The translations under genes and the position numbers were made by a program. Source: a virus (lineage: Duplodnaviria > Caudoviricetes). Taken from it: 64,000 nucleotides of DNA. Positions 10,542 to 20,666 of the stretch are shown in pieces (the stretch's first letter is position 1; every line of letters begins with the position of its first letter). Under the pieces are notes generated by a model. That model did no database searches. It saw only the letters and a list, made by a program, of their open reading frames with translations, and was not told where the DNA came from. The DNA lies in IMG/VR virus record IMGVR_UViG_3300029288_000075, positions 1-64,000 of that record. One strand, written 5' to 3'.

Positions 10542-12644
10542 ATGTTTCATCGACTGACTACCCCCACGTACTACGGCGGACTTCCCTCGGGCGCTGACTA
10601 CCTCAATACTCCTACGGACCCATCCGTTGGGGGGTCAGGTGTACCAGCCTATTTTGACGGAAAGAAGACGGGAGGGCCTAACGACGGCACCTACTTCTTT
10701 GCCTTTGGCGAGAATGCAACGTCAAACTTCTGCAACCGAGGGCTACATGCCTTGGGTGAGAACACGGACGAGCTGGACAACATGTTGCGTCGCGACCTGG
10801 CCATTACGGCAAGGACGGTAGATGCCTCGTCTGGTGCGCCGGTCTCGTCCATCACGCTTACGGGTTACGTGTTCGTAGGGGCGTTTGGGACAGCCAACAC
10901 GCAAGCCACACGAGATGCGCTTATCAGCATTCTTGACTCCAGCGACAACGAGATCATAACCGAGTACGGCGTCAAGGTGCAGGCGCTACTTGTCAGTGAT
11001 GGGACCAACAACGTAGTAGGCACTCAGACATCGGGCTTCTACAATGGGCCCACCATTGGTCTGAATACTCCCATACCGGCAGGAGTCACGTACCGCGTGT
11101 ACTACGGGGAGCGCAGCAGCTTGGCGGCGTTGCCAATGGATGCCTTTACGTCCATCAAGATTCGTGGCGCACAGGAGGTGCCTGCGGCAATCGAGCAGAT
11201 TCTGAAGAGTCTGCACACCTCTACCATCAGCGCGAATTGGAACGATCCGTGGGTAGCCACCATCAATTCGCTGGCACGTGGCGGTTTGGATGCCAGGTAT
11301 CGGTTGAGTACCTATGACAACTACTCTGCCCCTCCTCTGGATACGCCGGGGAGTGGTTCGTCCATCACTCGAGACGGCCCTGCGGTTACGTTCCCGTTGC
11401 CTGAATACTTGATGAATCAGCAGGGGTCGACTCTGCTGCCGTACCCAGACCCGTTTATGGCGTGTCTTCGGTTGGAGTATCCGACGACTAACGTCGGGGT
11501 AGCTTACAACAAGAACCTGGGTGGTGACGTTGGGATCATGCAGATCTCTCCGTACGTTAGTACCGCTGATGCAAATGAGCACACGTCTACTGAGGTTGCG
11601 GGAAGTTTGCTGTTTGCGGGTGTTCCTCGCGACGTGCGCGCTTCTGCGCTTGGAGGAAATACTGCGGTTACGCGGGTTGACGTTACAACCACTGCTATCT
11701 TGAATCCAGATTCGGGTACGACAGCCGTAGCCAGAAGTACCATTCAGCTGAATGCGACGGACTACTTTCGTGTGGCGGGTGGCAATTCGATTCGTCGACA
11801 TTTCGACATGCTCGAAGTGACCGAGATAGCTACAGGTAACGTTCTGGGAGTTTTTCGTGTCTATCAGTTTCCTGCAGACAACAGAGTAGAGCTGCTTGCC
11901 CCTACAGGGGCAGTGCCTTCTATTGGCGTGTCAGGCTCATTTACTCCAGTACGCGTCAGGTGGATTCAGACAACAGTGTCTATCGGCGGCAGGCATGCGG
12001 CAGCCAACGGGCAATATGGCGTTCCTCATTTTGTTGTTGCGCAGCCTAGCTACCTAACAGACGGGTACGACTCGAATGCGTTCTCGGTCGATGCAGCATT
12101 CTTGTCGGCCTTAGGTGGGTATCACCGAGCAGTAGGAGCTACCAGTTTCAATGGGTTCGCGGCCATGGCTTGGGGTGGCTTTGACTCTACGGGCGCTGTG
12201 TCGTATGCCGGATACCTACAAGGCGATGGAGGGGTCTATTGCCTAGGCGGTCGACAGCAGTTGAACTTGCCGGGTCGCACCAGCGCCCCGTACGCATCCG
12301 GTACTGGCGGTCGTACGTGTGACTGGTACCTGGGCGCATCCGGTAATTTTGTGGAGATATACACATCAGGGGCAGCTTGGACTACTTCAACCACCTTGAC
12401 GTTTGCGTATCACGAAACCGCCGGGTTCGTTGCGCAGAGCGGGGACGAGTTCGAACTGCTCGTGCATATACCGCCAGGATCTACGGGTCCTGTGCAAATG
12501 GCGTGGTCTTTACCCGCGCTGTTCAGCGGTAGTGACGCGATCATCCCCACCAGCAATACGACACTGGGTACAGTCACCGTTCGGTATAGGTTTGTCTACA
12601 GCGGGGTCCGCAGTTCGTGGATAGCAACGCGCACAGACATCTAG
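10542..12644 (+). CDS. Putative tail/fibre structural protein, 700 aa
   Basis: Long G/T/S-rich beta-type ORF coupled to baseplate genes. Confidence 0.55.
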   Translation: MFHRLTTPTYYGGLPSGADYLNTPTDPSVGGSGVPAYFDGKKTGGPNDGTYFFAFGENATSNFCNRGLHALGENTDELDNMLRRDLAITARTVDASSGAPVSSITLTGYVFVGAFGTANTQATRDALISILDSSDNEIITEYGVKVQALLVSDGTNNVVGTQTSGFYNGPTIGLNTPIPAGVTYRVYYGERSSLAALPMDAFTSIKIRGAQEVPAAIEQILKSLHTSTISANWNDPWVATINSLARGGLDARYRLSTYDNYSAPPLDTPGSGSSITRDGPAVTFPLPEYLMNQQGSTLLPYPDPFMACLRLEYPTTNVGVAYNKNLGGDVGIMQISPYVSTADANEHTSTEVAGSLLFAGVPRDVRASALGGNTAVTRVDVTTTAILNPDSGTTAVARSTIQLNATDYFRVAGGNSIRRHFDMLEVTEIATGNVLGVFRVYQFPADNRVELLAPTGAVPSIGVSGSFTPVRVRWIQTTVSIGGRHAAANGQYGVPHFVVAQPSYLTDGYDSNAFSVDAAFLSALGGYHRAVGATSFNGFAAMAWGGFDSTGAVSYAGYLQGDGGVYCLGGRQQLNLPGRTSAPYASGTGGRTCDWYLGASGNFVEIYTSGAAWTTSTTLTFAYHETAGFVAQSGDEFELLVHIPPGSTGPVQMAWSLPALFSGSDAIIPTSNTTLGTVTVRYRFVYSGVRSSWIATRTDI

Positions 12645-12669
12645 CAGGTAAGAAGGGAGTACAGCACAC

Positions 12670-13092
12670 ATGCAAGATTTAGACATCGTTGGGTTGCTTA
12701 CGCGGCCAGGTACGTACGTGCTTGGCGTTGCCTTGTTCGCTGCCGTATTCATGATCCGCAGGATTGCGGAGACGGCGTTTCCAAAGCTCAAGAAGCAAGC
12801 AGACGCGAATGCTCCGAAGACCACGTATCTCACCGCTTTTGCTAGGTGGTGGAACGAGGTCATCTTGTATTTTCTGCCGGTAGCTCTTGGTCTTGGCTGT
12901 GGCTTCATCAAGAGCGACTTCTTCTTCGCAGGCATTGGAGACAAGGGCGGCCGGCTCATCTTCGGGGCAATGGTTGGGTGGTTTTCCAGTTTCCTGTACA
13001 AGCTGCTTCGAAAAGTCGTGAAGCAGAAGATGGGTATCGACCTGGTGCCAGACTCCGGTACTGGCGACATCGACACCCCGGCAGGGGGTTGA
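12670..13092 (+). CDS. Holin-like membrane protein
   Basis: Three hydrophobic segments and basic C-terminal region; followed by a spanin-like gene. Confidence 0.5.
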   Translation: MQDLDIVGLLTRPGTYVLGVALFAAVFMIRRIAETAFPKLKKQADANAPKTTYLTAFARWWNEVILYFLPVALGLGCGFIKSDFFFAGIGDKGGRLIFGAMVGWFSSFLYKLLRKVVKQKMGIDLVPDSGTGDIDTPAGG

Positions 13093-13093
13093 G

Positions 13094-13462
13094 ATGAAAC
13101 TCCCTGTTTGGATGTTTCTCACCAAGGAGTGGCTCAAGAAGTACTGGAAGTGGCTTTTACTTCCGCTTGGGGTACTCCTTTGGTTGCTTGGTCGAGCGAC
13201 GGCCAGGAAGACAGTGGTAGTCACAAGTGGTGCACTTGCGCAGGCGGACGAGGCCAAGACGGAGATTGATGCGAAGGCAGCTTCTCGAGTGCGGGAAGCA
13301 GATGGCAAAGAGGCCGCACAGTTGGCAGGAATCTCTGCGCAGCACTCAGCTGCAGTAGCCTCTGAAACGCAGAGGCTGGTAGATGCTGCCGAGGAAGCAC
13401 AGGGGGATCCTGACAAAGTCAACGACCTGCTACGGCAGGTGGGTAAGGACATGCGCAGATGA
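13094..13462 (+). CDS. Putative i-spanin (Rz-like)
   Basis: Single N-terminal TM segment then Ala/Glu-rich coiled coil. Confidence 0.45.
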   Translation: MKLPVWMFLTKEWLKKYWKWLLLPLGVLLWLLGRATARKTVVVTSGALAQADEAKTEIDAKAASRVREADGKEAAQLAGISAQHSAAVASETQRLVDAAEEAQGDPDKVNDLLRQVGKDMRR

Positions 13463-14073
13463 ACCACGGACGAGTCACACGAGAACGGGGTATCCACTCA
13501 GTCGTATCCTACGTCTATGCAGATGCGACGGAACGTACCGGTGCAACGGGATTTACTGCCGCGGACGTGGGAAAGATTGCGTATCAGACGGATACAACCA
13601 CATACTGGTTTCTGACAGCCACAACCCCAACGTGGTTGCAACTAGCGACCGGTACTCTTGTTTCTGCGTTTGCCGATGGTGGTACTTCAGCAGACCACAC
13701 GTTTTCCGGTGACTCGTCAGAGGTCTTGCTAACCCAGAGTTTGGTGGGCAGGACCGGGTTGGTGTCAGGGCATACGTATACCTGCACGGTGGGATTTCGG
13801 GCCATCATATGGTCCACTTCGGACTTGACCGTCAGCGGCTCTATGGACAGCCAGGTGGACATGGCGTTGGTCGTTACGGCGGGCGTTGTCGCAACGTTGC
13901 AGACCACGCCCATCATCAACAAGAGTCGCCTGAATGTCACCTTGGGTCCTGCGGGGATGACCATGGCTGCAGTCACAAACGGGTTTACTATCTCTGCTAC
14001 TCGACCTGTTGGGGTAGGCAGCAAAGCGTTTGCTGAGTGGTGGGTGGTTCGGTACAAGGAAGTCACGGCATGA
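13459..14073 (+). CDS. Putative tail fibre/decoration protein
   Basis: ATGA overlap; N-terminal domain shared with 17421-17933. Confidence 0.55.
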   Translation: MNHGRVTRERGIHSVVSYVYADATERTGATGFTAADVGKIAYQTDTTTYWFLTATTPTWLQLATGTLVSAFADGGTSADHTFSGDSSEVLLTQSLVGRTGLVSGHTYTCTVGFRAIIWSTSDLTVSGSMDSQVDMALVVTAGVVATLQTTPIINKSRLNVTLGPAGMTMAAVTNGFTISATRPVGVGSKAFAEWWVVRYKEVTA

Positions 14074-15887
14074 GCCTACCCGGTATAGTCAGTACCCCAG
14101 ACCTGCATCCGGTGTCTGCGTATCGTGGCATTGTGCGTAAGGTGGTTACGGTGGGGGCGGGGTCTACTCCACGTGGCCTTGCTTTCACACCAGATGGCGC
14201 TTACGTCTACGTAGCCAATTACGGCGTCAATACCGTATCGAAAATCAATGTTGGTACGGGAGCTGTGGCGGCTACCATTCTCACTGGCGTTGGCCCTGCG
14301 TTTGTTGCTATATCTCCTGATGGTACTTTGGCCTTTGTCTGCAATCTCTCAGCAGGTACGCTGACTAGGATTGTAGTGGCCACAGGAAGTACCTCTACTG
14401 TGACCGTTGGCTCGGGTCCGCGTTGGTGCGCCTTTACCAAGGACGGGGTGTACCTGTACGTATGCAATAGCCTTAGTGACAATGTGTACAAGATCCTTGT
14501 GGCGGACAACTCGCTAGCGGCCACCATAGCTACGTCTGCTGGTCCTGTGTCAGTTAGTGTTTCGCCCGACGGCACCATAGCCTACGTGGCATGCTTCGAT
14601 GACGACGCAATCACGAAGATCACGGTCTCGACTAATGCAACTTCAATGATTTCTGGAGTGAGCTCGCCTTACGCTGTGAGATTCTCGCCAGACGGTCTTC
14701 TTGCCTACGTGGCTTCCTACACTGGAAATACTATCCTCAAGGTCACCGTAGCTACAGGGGTAGTAACTAGCTATGGTGTACTGAGTCTTATTGGGTGTAC
14801 GGACGTTGGTGTCTCGGTGGATGGCTCAGTGCTGTATGGTGTTTTCAACGGGTCTGCCAAGATCAAGAGAATCAACATAGCCACAGGAGCCGCAAGCGAT
14901 TTCGTGGTTGGTGCTGGTCCGTGGATTATTGCTTTTTCTCCTGACGGGGTTTGGGCATGCGTATCCAATAGCACTGCAGGTACGGTGTATTTTATTGCGC
15001 TTCGTGATGACTTGCGCGCGCGAGGGCGCCTGTTCGCGGCGGACAACAATGGGACCTTCTTTCAGTTCCCAGCGCAGGGTGGTGTTGTATCTACGGTACC
15101 TGGCGTGTGCTATAGCCCTCGGGGGGTGACCTACGACAATGCAGAGCATCTCTACATCTGCAACACCCTTGACAATGCGGTGTCCCGGCGTTTGAAGACC
15201 ACAGGGGTGGAAGACCTGAGAATTGCGGTAGGTTCGCAGCCGTACGTTGCTGCGATGGACGGCGCCGGGTATATGTACGTGGCTAACTACGCCGCGGGGA
15301 CGGTGTCTCGCTTCTTGATAGCCACTGGCGTGGTAGACGCCACAATAACGGTAGGTACCAACCCCCGGTCAATAGGGTGGGATGGTGCTTCCCATATGTA
15401 TGCGACGAACACGGGGTCCAACACGGTATCTCGTATTGATGTCGCCACTGCTACGGTGGATTCAACGATTTCGGTAGGAAACTCGCCGCGCTCCATCGCA
15501 TGGGATGGCGCCGACCACGTCTACGTTGCTAACAACGGTGCTGGGACTGTTTCTAGGATTCTGATTTCGTCTGGTGCTGTGGATGCCACAATTACGGTGG
15601 GCTCAGGCCCTTGGTATGTTGCATGGGATGGCGCTCAGCACATGTATGTAGCCAACTACACTGCCGCTACCGTGTCTACTATCTTGATAGCTACAGGTGC
15701 TGTGGATTCAACGATACCTGTAGGGGCCGGTCCAATAGCCATGGCATGGGACGGGGTAGAGCACATGTACGTGAGCTGCTACGATGCCCCAGCGGTCTAT
15801 GGGATCAATACAAATACCAGGCTGGTCGACGTCATTGTCCCAGCGGGGGGCAAGACGCCTTACGGGATTGCCTGGGATGGAGGATGA
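14070..15887 (+). CDS. YVTN/YncE-type double beta-propeller protein (possible receptor-binding)
   Basis: About 14 blades of ~42 aa (P..xAFSPDG..xYVAN; IAWDGA.HMYVAN); ATG 14070 overlaps the upstream TGA. Confidence 0.85.
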   Translation: MSLPGIVSTPDLHPVSAYRGIVRKVVTVGAGSTPRGLAFTPDGAYVYVANYGVNTVSKINVGTGAVAATILTGVGPAFVAISPDGTLAFVCNLSAGTLTRIVVATGSTSTVTVGSGPRWCAFTKDGVYLYVCNSLSDNVYKILVADNSLAATIATSAGPVSVSVSPDGTIAYVACFDDDAITKITVSTNATSMISGVSSPYAVRFSPDGLLAYVASYTGNTILKVTVATGVVTSYGVLSLIGCTDVGVSVDGSVLYGVFNGSAKIKRINIATGAASDFVVGAGPWIIAFSPDGVWACVSNSTAGTVYFIALRDDLRARGRLFAADNNGTFFQFPAQGGVVSTVPGVCYSPRGVTYDNAEHLYICNTLDNAVSRRLKTTGVEDLRIAVGSQPYVAAMDGAGYMYVANYAAGTVSRFLIATGVVDATITVGTNPRSIGWDGASHMYATNTGSNTVSRIDVATATVDSTISVGNSPRSIAWDGADHVYVANNGAGTVSRILISSGAVDATITVGSGPWYVAWDGAQHMYVANYTAATVSTILIATGAVDSTIPVGAGPIAMAWDGVEHMYVSCYDAPAVYGINTNTRLVDVIVPAGGKTPYGIAWDGG

Positions 15888-16427
15888 GTGTCTTACGCAG
15901 AGTTGCAGCAGCAGGTAACTAGGGAGTTTCCGTCGTACCGCGAGGTGCGCAAGGTGGACAGCTGGTTGATGAAGGCGATAGACCGGTGCCTTTGGGTCAT
16001 TACGCTAGGCCGCATGCGCTCTTTTATGCAGGACTTCATCACGACTCTTGGAACCACCGTATACGTGCCCGAGAGCTGGGGCAGCATGCTCGAGCACGAG
16101 AAGATGATAATTTTGAGGCATGAGCGGGTGCACATGCGACAACGTGCTCGTTATGGTGGCTTGCTGTTCTCTCTGGCGTACCTTTTCTTTCCCCTCCCCT
16201 GCGTTTTCGCCTACGCGCGCATGAAGTTCGAACAGGAGGCGTACGCGGAGGGCCTCAAGGCCACCGTGGAGTTGCTGGTGATGGGGGATCAGATAATCCA
16301 GACGCGCGAGTGGAGGGAGCGACATATCGGGTACTTCACCCAGGCTTCCTATTTTTGGACGTGGCCTTGGCGGCGGTGCATTGAAAAGTGGTACGATCAC
16401 GCGGTGAAAGAGGCCTTGGGTAGCTAG
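15888..16427 (+). CDS. HExxH putative metallopeptidase
   Basis: ILRHERVHMRQ plus downstream FEQEAYA. Confidence 0.6.
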   Translation: MSYAELQQQVTREFPSYREVRKVDSWLMKAIDRCLWVITLGRMRSFMQDFITTLGTTVYVPESWGSMLEHEKMIILRHERVHMRQRARYGGLLFSLAYLFFPLPCVFAYARMKFEQEAYAEGLKATVELLVMGDQIIQTREWRERHIGYFTQASYFWTWPWRRCIEKWYDHAVKEALGS

Positions 16428-16469
16428 CCAGGCCTTTGCGCCGGTGCGTTGTATGCTATGCTGCGGAGG

Positions 16470-16958
16470 ATGAACTGGAGAGTATTCGCTGTAATTTCCC
16501 TACTTTCCTCAGCCGGACAGGCTGAGAAGCTACAACTTCCAGAGCCTCAGGTGGTGACTTACCCGCCCGGGGACGACAAGATAGCGGTGGTCAAGAAGGG
16601 AGACCCAGCCCCCTACACGGGGCAGCTGTTCGAGGACAACACGGCTCTTCGTTGGGCGACGTGGCTTCAGCAGTACCGTACCAGGTACGGGTTGGACATG
16701 AAGGCGGAGCAGGACAGCTGCAAGGTGCGTCTCGAGCACGACGCAGAGTTGGTGGCCATTGAACAGGAGCGTACAGCAGCCATTGAGGCGGATCTACGGA
16801 AACGACTGAAAGACGTAGACGCGCAAAGGCTCAAGCTGGAGGAGGAGCTTAGGAATCCGTCGTTCTTCAAGCAGCCAGGGCTTTGGTATGGCGTGGGGGT
16901 GGCATCAACCCTTGCTGCCGTGGCAATCACAGCTTACGCAGTGCATGAGACAAGGTGA
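16470..16958 (+). CDS. Secreted/membrane coiled-coil protein (spanin-like)
   Basis: Signal peptide, KKGDPAPYTGQL motif, coiled coil, C-terminal TM segment. Confidence 0.55.
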   Translation: MNWRVFAVISLLSSAGQAEKLQLPEPQVVTYPPGDDKIAVVKKGDPAPYTGQLFEDNTALRWATWLQQYRTRYGLDMKAEQDSCKVRLEHDAELVAIEQERTAAIEADLRKRLKDVDAQRLKLEEELRNPSFFKQPGLWYGVGVASTLAAVAITAYAVHETR

Positions 16959-16966
16959 GGTAGCGG

Positions 16967-17230
16967 TTGGCAACCATCACTATCGGTAGAAAGCTGAGTT
17001 ATCTCACGGACTCTGTGACTGCAGCACAGGGGCTTGCCGGTAGTCAGGCTTGGCTTGTTGCTGAGCAAAATCAGCTGGTGCCCACCAAGTACGATCGCCT
17101 AGAGATTACATACCACCCTACGCTGCCTGACCTGATTTCCACCGTAGTGTATCGACAGGGTGGGGTTGTAGTTGCAACCCTCAATATCGTCTACGACAAC
17201 GGCAACATCGTGGCCGTAACGAGAACGTGA
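16967..17230 (+). CDS. Small putative virion protein
   Basis: GAGG RBS, TTG start, coupled to the next gene. Confidence 0.55.
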   Translation: MATITIGRKLSYLTDSVTAAQGLAGSQAWLVAEQNQLVPTKYDRLEITYHPTLPDLISTVVYRQGGVVVATLNIVYDNGNIVAVTRT

Positions 17231-17421
17231 TGGCGCTGGTTTTCAATCCGTTCACCGGTACTTTCGACTACACTTCGCGTGGAGTTCCGGCGGCCACAAG
17301 GAAGGGGCAAGTTCTGGTCTCCTTCGATGGTACAACCTTCTCCCCTGGTAGCTTTGTGGTCAGTGACAGGCACGATGTGGTGTGCGGAGACGACTACGAG
17401 CCAGTGATGGGTGAATCCTGA
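17230..17421 (+). CDS. Small putative virion protein
   Basis: TGATG coupling at both ends; VFNPFTGTFD motif. Confidence 0.55.
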   Translation: MALVFNPFTGTFDYTSRGVPAATRKGQVLVSFDGTTFSPGSFVVSDRHDVVCGDDYEPVMGES

Positions 17422-17933
17422 TGCAGCACTCTAAGATGACAGGGGCCGTAGGTGGAGTGCACACGACGATAGCCTACGTCTATCCGACGGCAGGAGATCG
17501 TACTGGCGCAACCGGGTTCACTGCCGAGGACATCGGAAAGCTAGCGCTGCAGTCGTCAGACAGCAGTCTCTGGATGCTCATTGGTACAACCCCCGTATGG
17601 AGAGAGTTGGCCGCGGGATCCTCTTCGGGTATTGGGAATGTTCCGTTCACGTTTGCCACGACAACCCTGATACTTGGCGCCGTCACAACAGGACAGGTGC
17701 TGACGTTTGCGCAGCTTGATGTAGAGACGGTATTTGGCTCTGGCACGATGCTGCAGGTGGGTACTGTACTTGACCCGTCCCTGTTCTTGCAAGTCAATGG
17801 TGCCGGTGCGACCACAGTGGGGTCATATGGCGACTTCACCCGACGGCGTATTACGATTGACGACTTTCTCCTTCTGACTGTATCCGCAGTTGGTGCAGTC
17901 GGATCTGGTAGGCTGTTTTACGAACTGAGATAG
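17421..17933 (+). CDS. Putative fibre/decoration protein
   Basis: N-terminus paralogous to 13459; C-terminus resembles that of 17944. Confidence 0.6.
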   Translation: MQHSKMTGAVGGVHTTIAYVYPTAGDRTGATGFTAEDIGKLALQSSDSSLWMLIGTTPVWRELAAGSSSGIGNVPFTFATTTLILGAVTTGQVLTFAQLDVETVFGSGTMLQVGTVLDPSLFLQVNGAGATTVGSYGDFTRRRITIDDFLLLTVSAVGAVGSGRLFYELR

Positions 17934-17943
17934 GTAGGTATGT

Positions 17944-18759
17944 ATGTCTCTCTGGTCCAAGGTGCTAGGTACAATCGAAGCAACTTTTCAACTCGGCCTA
18001 GGTGGTCCGAAGTTCAAAGCGAGTAGCGGTGCTCTCGAAGCCCGCAATGCGGCGGACAACGCGTACGCAGTGATGCGAGGCGCGTCTCCCGTTGGGAACA
18101 ACGACCTGGTGACGAAGCAGTATGCCGACACGCTGGCTACTCGCTACGTGATTGCAGATCAGTTTGACGGCAACAGCTCCCTGCCAGCAAATACCTCTAC
18201 GGAGCGGTTCTTGGTGGTGACGACGACCGGAGCAAACGCCTCAATTGGCGATTTGATCTGGGACGACGGAACGGGTACCGGCACTGCTGTCAAGCTGATT
18301 ACGACCGAGCGTATGATCATGACGCAGTCGGCGTTGTCGGGCGGCACAATCTCGCTGGTTGCAGATTCGATGTACTGGTGGGACACGAATACGTCGGCGT
18401 GGCTCCTTGTTAGCGGGTCTGGGCTGTCCGGCACCCTTAGGATGATCCGGCTTGCTATCACGAATGCCGCGTCGCAATCGTCCTCGTCTCAGATCCCGGC
18501 GAATGCGACGGTCGTGGAGACGACGCTTGACATCGTGACTCCTTACTCTGCTGGCGCCACGATCTCCGTCGGGCAGACGGGTACGCCCGCGCTGCTACAG
18601 GCGACTACCGACAATTTGGCCACGGTGGCTGGGCAATACCAAACGCCGCAAGACGTCGCATGGGGAGCGTCCCCCTTGGCTGTCTTGGTCACGGTTGCCG
18701 GGTCTCCAGCGGCAGGTGCTGGATTCTGTCTCGTGAAGTACTCAGTTCCTGACGTCTAG
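17944..18759 (+). CDS. Putative fibre protein
   Basis: DLVTKQYADT fibre motif; N-terminus paralogous to 18777. Confidence 0.65.
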   Translation: MSLWSKVLGTIEATFQLGLGGPKFKASSGALEARNAADNAYAVMRGASPVGNNDLVTKQYADTLATRYVIADQFDGNSSLPANTSTERFLVVTTTGANASIGDLIWDDGTGTGTAVKLITTERMIMTQSALSGGTISLVADSMYWWDTNTSAWLLVSGSGLSGTLRMIRLAITNAASQSSSSQIPANATVVETTLDIVTPYSAGATISVGQTGTPALLQATTDNLATVAGQYQTPQDVAWGASPLAVLVTVAGSPAAGAGFCLVKYSVPDV

Positions 18760-18776
18760 AACCGGCTTGCTACCTA

Positions 18777-19346
18777 ATGTCATTTTGGACCAAAATACGA
18801 GGTACCGTCGAGACCTATTGGCAGCTGGGTCTTGGCGGTCCTCTATGGAAGGCCAGCACGGGTGTCTTAGAGGCACGTAATGCTGGGGATTCAGCGTACG
18901 CCATCGTCAGAGGTGCGGAGCCATCCGGAACAGCTGATCTAGCAACGAAGAACTACGTGGATACCAAACCCGGTGTACTGCCTGATGAGACGGACTCTCA
19001 GGTGGCCATTACGGGCGGAGGTGGACTTCAGGTAGCCGGCTCACGGACTCTAGGGACGACCGACGACCGCATCATGCAGCTCGGAGTGCGCCTGTGGATC
19101 TACGAGCGGGGTACGTTCGCGACCTGGGGATGGGTAGAGTACCGGGTAGGTCTTCGGCGGTCTGGGGGAACGTGGTCGATCAAGACTGGGACTGATACGG
19201 TAGTAGACTCCCAGTTGCCGGCGGGGTTTACCTCCTCGGTCGCGGTAAACAGCGGAGCATTGGAGGCTCGTGTCACGCCAGGAGCAAACAACTGCTATGC
19301 CACCGTGGAGTTTTGGGACTCCACGATTGTCGCGCAGTCGTCGTAA
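18777..19346 (+). CDS. Putative fibre protein
   Basis: DLATKNYVDT motif; paralog of 17944. Confidence 0.65.
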   Translation: MSFWTKIRGTVETYWQLGLGGPLWKASTGVLEARNAGDSAYAIVRGAEPSGTADLATKNYVDTKPGVLPDETDSQVAITGGGGLQVAGSRTLGTTDDRIMQLGVRLWIYERGTFATWGWVEYRVGLRRSGGTWSIKTGTDTVVDSQLPAGFTSSVAVNSGALEARVTPGANNCYATVEFWDSTIVAQSS

Positions 19347-19357
19347 TGGAGGACGCA

Positions 19358-19648
19358 ATGCCCCAAGTGGTGATGCAAGTAAAGTGCAACCTAACTCGAA
19401 GTCAAAGCAATGCGCTCGTCGTCAATCTGCTGGTGACTCAGCCGTTTGTCGTGGCGCACTGGCATCGAGGTGAGCCGATTGTGCACGGGTATGGGTCCAC
19501 GGCGTGGGCGGCAAGAAATCGTGCTCGTGTCGTAGGAGCCCCCGCAGAAGCCGAGTTGTGCACACGTGTACTTGGGGAAACCATGGTTTGGCAAGGTCCC
19601 TCTGGCAGACGGGTAACCGTCGAAGACTTTTTGACGATCGATGACTAG
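19358..19648 (+). CDS. Hypothetical protein
   Basis: GGAGG RBS before ATG 19358. Confidence 0.5.
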   Translation: MPQVVMQVKCNLTRSQSNALVVNLLVTQPFVVAHWHRGEPIVHGYGSTAWAARNRARVVGAPAEAELCTRVLGETMVWQGPSGRRVTVEDFLTIDD

Positions 19649-19656
19649 GAGACCGA

Positions 19657-20061
19657 ATGGCACTAAATCCGAAACTTGACGAGGGTGTGCGTAATGGCGC
19701 CCTAGACTTGCTGACGACAGCTCTCGGCACCAGCCCCTTGATGCGTTGGTACGACGGAACCCAACCAACGAATGCGAATACAGCGCTAGGGTCGCAAGTG
19801 GCTGGAGTCGAGCTGGCGTGCTCTGCTACGTTTGCTGCGTCGGCGACCGGCGGGTCGATGACCGTCAACACGATCACCGGGGCAAATGCCTCGGCAACGC
19901 TAAGTCCATGTACCTGGCATTCGTTTTTGACGGCAGCCGGCGACCGGAAATTCGACGGAAGCTGTGGTACAACGACTGCCAACCTAATCTTGGACACGGT
20001 GACCATAGGCAGCGGTACTCCCTGCGCCTGCACCTCCTACGTCTTCACTATGGCGGCTTAG
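19657..20061 (+). CDS. Putative tail/fibre-associated protein
   Basis: GGAG RBS; VRNGALD...YDGTQPTNANTAL...FDGSCGT pattern typical of small phage structural proteins. Confidence 0.6.
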   Translation: MALNPKLDEGVRNGALDLLTTALGTSPLMRWYDGTQPTNANTALGSQVAGVELACSATFAASATGGSMTVNTITGANASATLSPCTWHSFLTAAGDRKFDGSCGTTTANLILDTVTIGSGTPCACTSYVFTMAA

Positions 20062-20064
20062 TCT

Positions 20065-20367
20065 ATGGCCTCAATCTATCTACTACGCCATAAGCATGGT
20101 GGGATCCTGACGAAGTATGCGTTCACGGCGACGCCGAATGACGCGCAGATGGAGGCCGTGGGTAAGGGCGCCGACGCCGTATTTGGGGAAGGCTGGATCT
20201 CGGTTTACGAGGTGATGCTTGTTGAAGATGGGATGGTGCCTCAGATAGAGGGCCTGGGTGAGGAAGAAGCGCAGGGTGGTGCAACTAGCGGTAGCGCTTT
20301 CCCCTTCATTACAGGCCAGGGCTACGGCACAGTAGGTGTGCCACTTGTTGAAAGGGCAGAGCCTTGA
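20065..20367 (+). CDS. Hypothetical protein
   Basis: Tightly packed in the operon. Confidence 0.5.
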   Translation: MASIYLLRHKHGGILTKYAFTATPNDAQMEAVGKGADAVFGEGWISVYEVMLVEDGMVPQIEGLGEEEAQGGATSGSAFPFITGQGYGTVGVPLVERAEP

Positions 20368-20666
20368 CCCTTCGGAGCATCCTACCCGAGGTACTTGCTG
20401 GCGCGTGGTTCGGTAGAACCGAAGACAAGAAGTTTGCCTTGTTGTGGCGTATTGTTCCAGTAGCGGGCGCTGAAGAGCAGCAGTCATTTGCCACGCTGTC
20501 GGCAAGGCTGGAGGATGTTCAGCATGGGAGGATGTTTGCTGTTCCTGGGCTTGAGCGACAGAATGAAGATGGCAGTTGGGCTTTTGTTGGGGCACTGAAA
20601 TCGCATGAGGCAAAAGCTGACGATTGGGTGATCGTACAGCCGGAGTCAGAGCGCGTCGATGGCTGA
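20364..20666 (+). CDS. Hypothetical protein
   Basis: Overlaps both neighbours; ends KADDWVIV. Confidence 0.45.
   Translation: MTLRSILPEVLAGAWFGRTEDKKFALLWRIVPVAGAEEQQSFATLSARLEDVQHGRMFAVPGLERQNEDGSWAFVGALKSHEAKADDWVIVQPESERVDG

Noticed and set aside
15200-15887. 126-nt repeats as a CRISPR array or DGR template/variable region
   Set aside because: In-frame propeller blades; no reverse transcriptase and no adenine-specific variation evident
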